Assembly (NCBI RefSeq): GCF_006345805.1 | Contig: NC_043011.1 | Span: forward strand, 52,092,464-52,156,463 | DNA from: Octopus sinensis | Taxonomy: Eukaryota | Length of the DNA: 64,000 bases | Reading direction: 5' to 3' | In this document: positions 63,770 to 64,000 of the stretch, piece after piece | How positions within the stretch are numbered: the stretch's first letter is position 1 | How the letters are laid out: every line of letters begins with the position of its first letter | Notes under the pieces: generated by a model | Told to the model about the DNA's origin: nothing | Database searches by the model: none | Seen by the model: the letters and a program-made list of their open reading frames with translations, nothing else | Program-made: the position numbers and the translations under genes

Positions 63770-64000
63770 TAGAAGCCCCAGTCCATCCAAAGTACCTTGG
63801 ATTGCAAGACAGCCTGCTGTGCTTACCTTGGATCGTAGGGTGACCTGCTGTGCTTGAGGAGACCTATTGAGTCAAGTACATCAACATCAAGAAATCAAAT
63901 GGAAATTGTAGTAGTGATACCTGTGCCAGTGGCATGTAAAAAGCACCATCCGAACGTGGCCGATGCCGATGCTACCTTGACTGGCTTCCATGCCGGTGGC
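63770..64000 (+). mobile_element. Longer family C copy running off the window end
   Basis: Shares atcaacatcaa..tggaaattg.ag.tgtgatacc.gtg with 45990-46040, then the tandem unit. Confidence 0.75.

Overview
AT-rich, repeat-dense eukaryotic genomic DNA. The SINE repertoire, microsatellite load and TTAGGG motifs look like an octopus (coleoid cephalopod) genome; this is recognition from memory, not a search result. One host protein-coding exon is well supported: the first coding exon (17172-17330, + strand) of a FERM-domain gene of the Yurt/EPB41L5 type. I could not find its second coding exon in the remaining ~46.7 kb, so most of the window is probably one very large intron. A weaker, minus-strand transcription unit may lie at 380-6360. 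The rest is mobile DNA and simple repeats: tRNA-headed SINE families, 5'-truncated RTE-type retroposon tails, Penelope, RTE and R4/Dong LINE remnants, mariner and maT (DD37D) transposon relics, non-autonomous Helitrons, TTAA MITEs and fold-back elements. The most unusual items are (i) a full-length 5S rRNA copy fused to a SINE 3' tail inside a TIR element, (ii) a 14-copy 48-bp minisatellite made from mariner transposase coding sequence at a deletion junction, (iii) a fold-back element built from two mariner 5' ends, and (iv) several long hairpins, including a pre-miRNA-like one. Nearly all ORFs in the supplied track are microsatellite or repeat artefacts. Coordinates of degenerate repeats are approximate.
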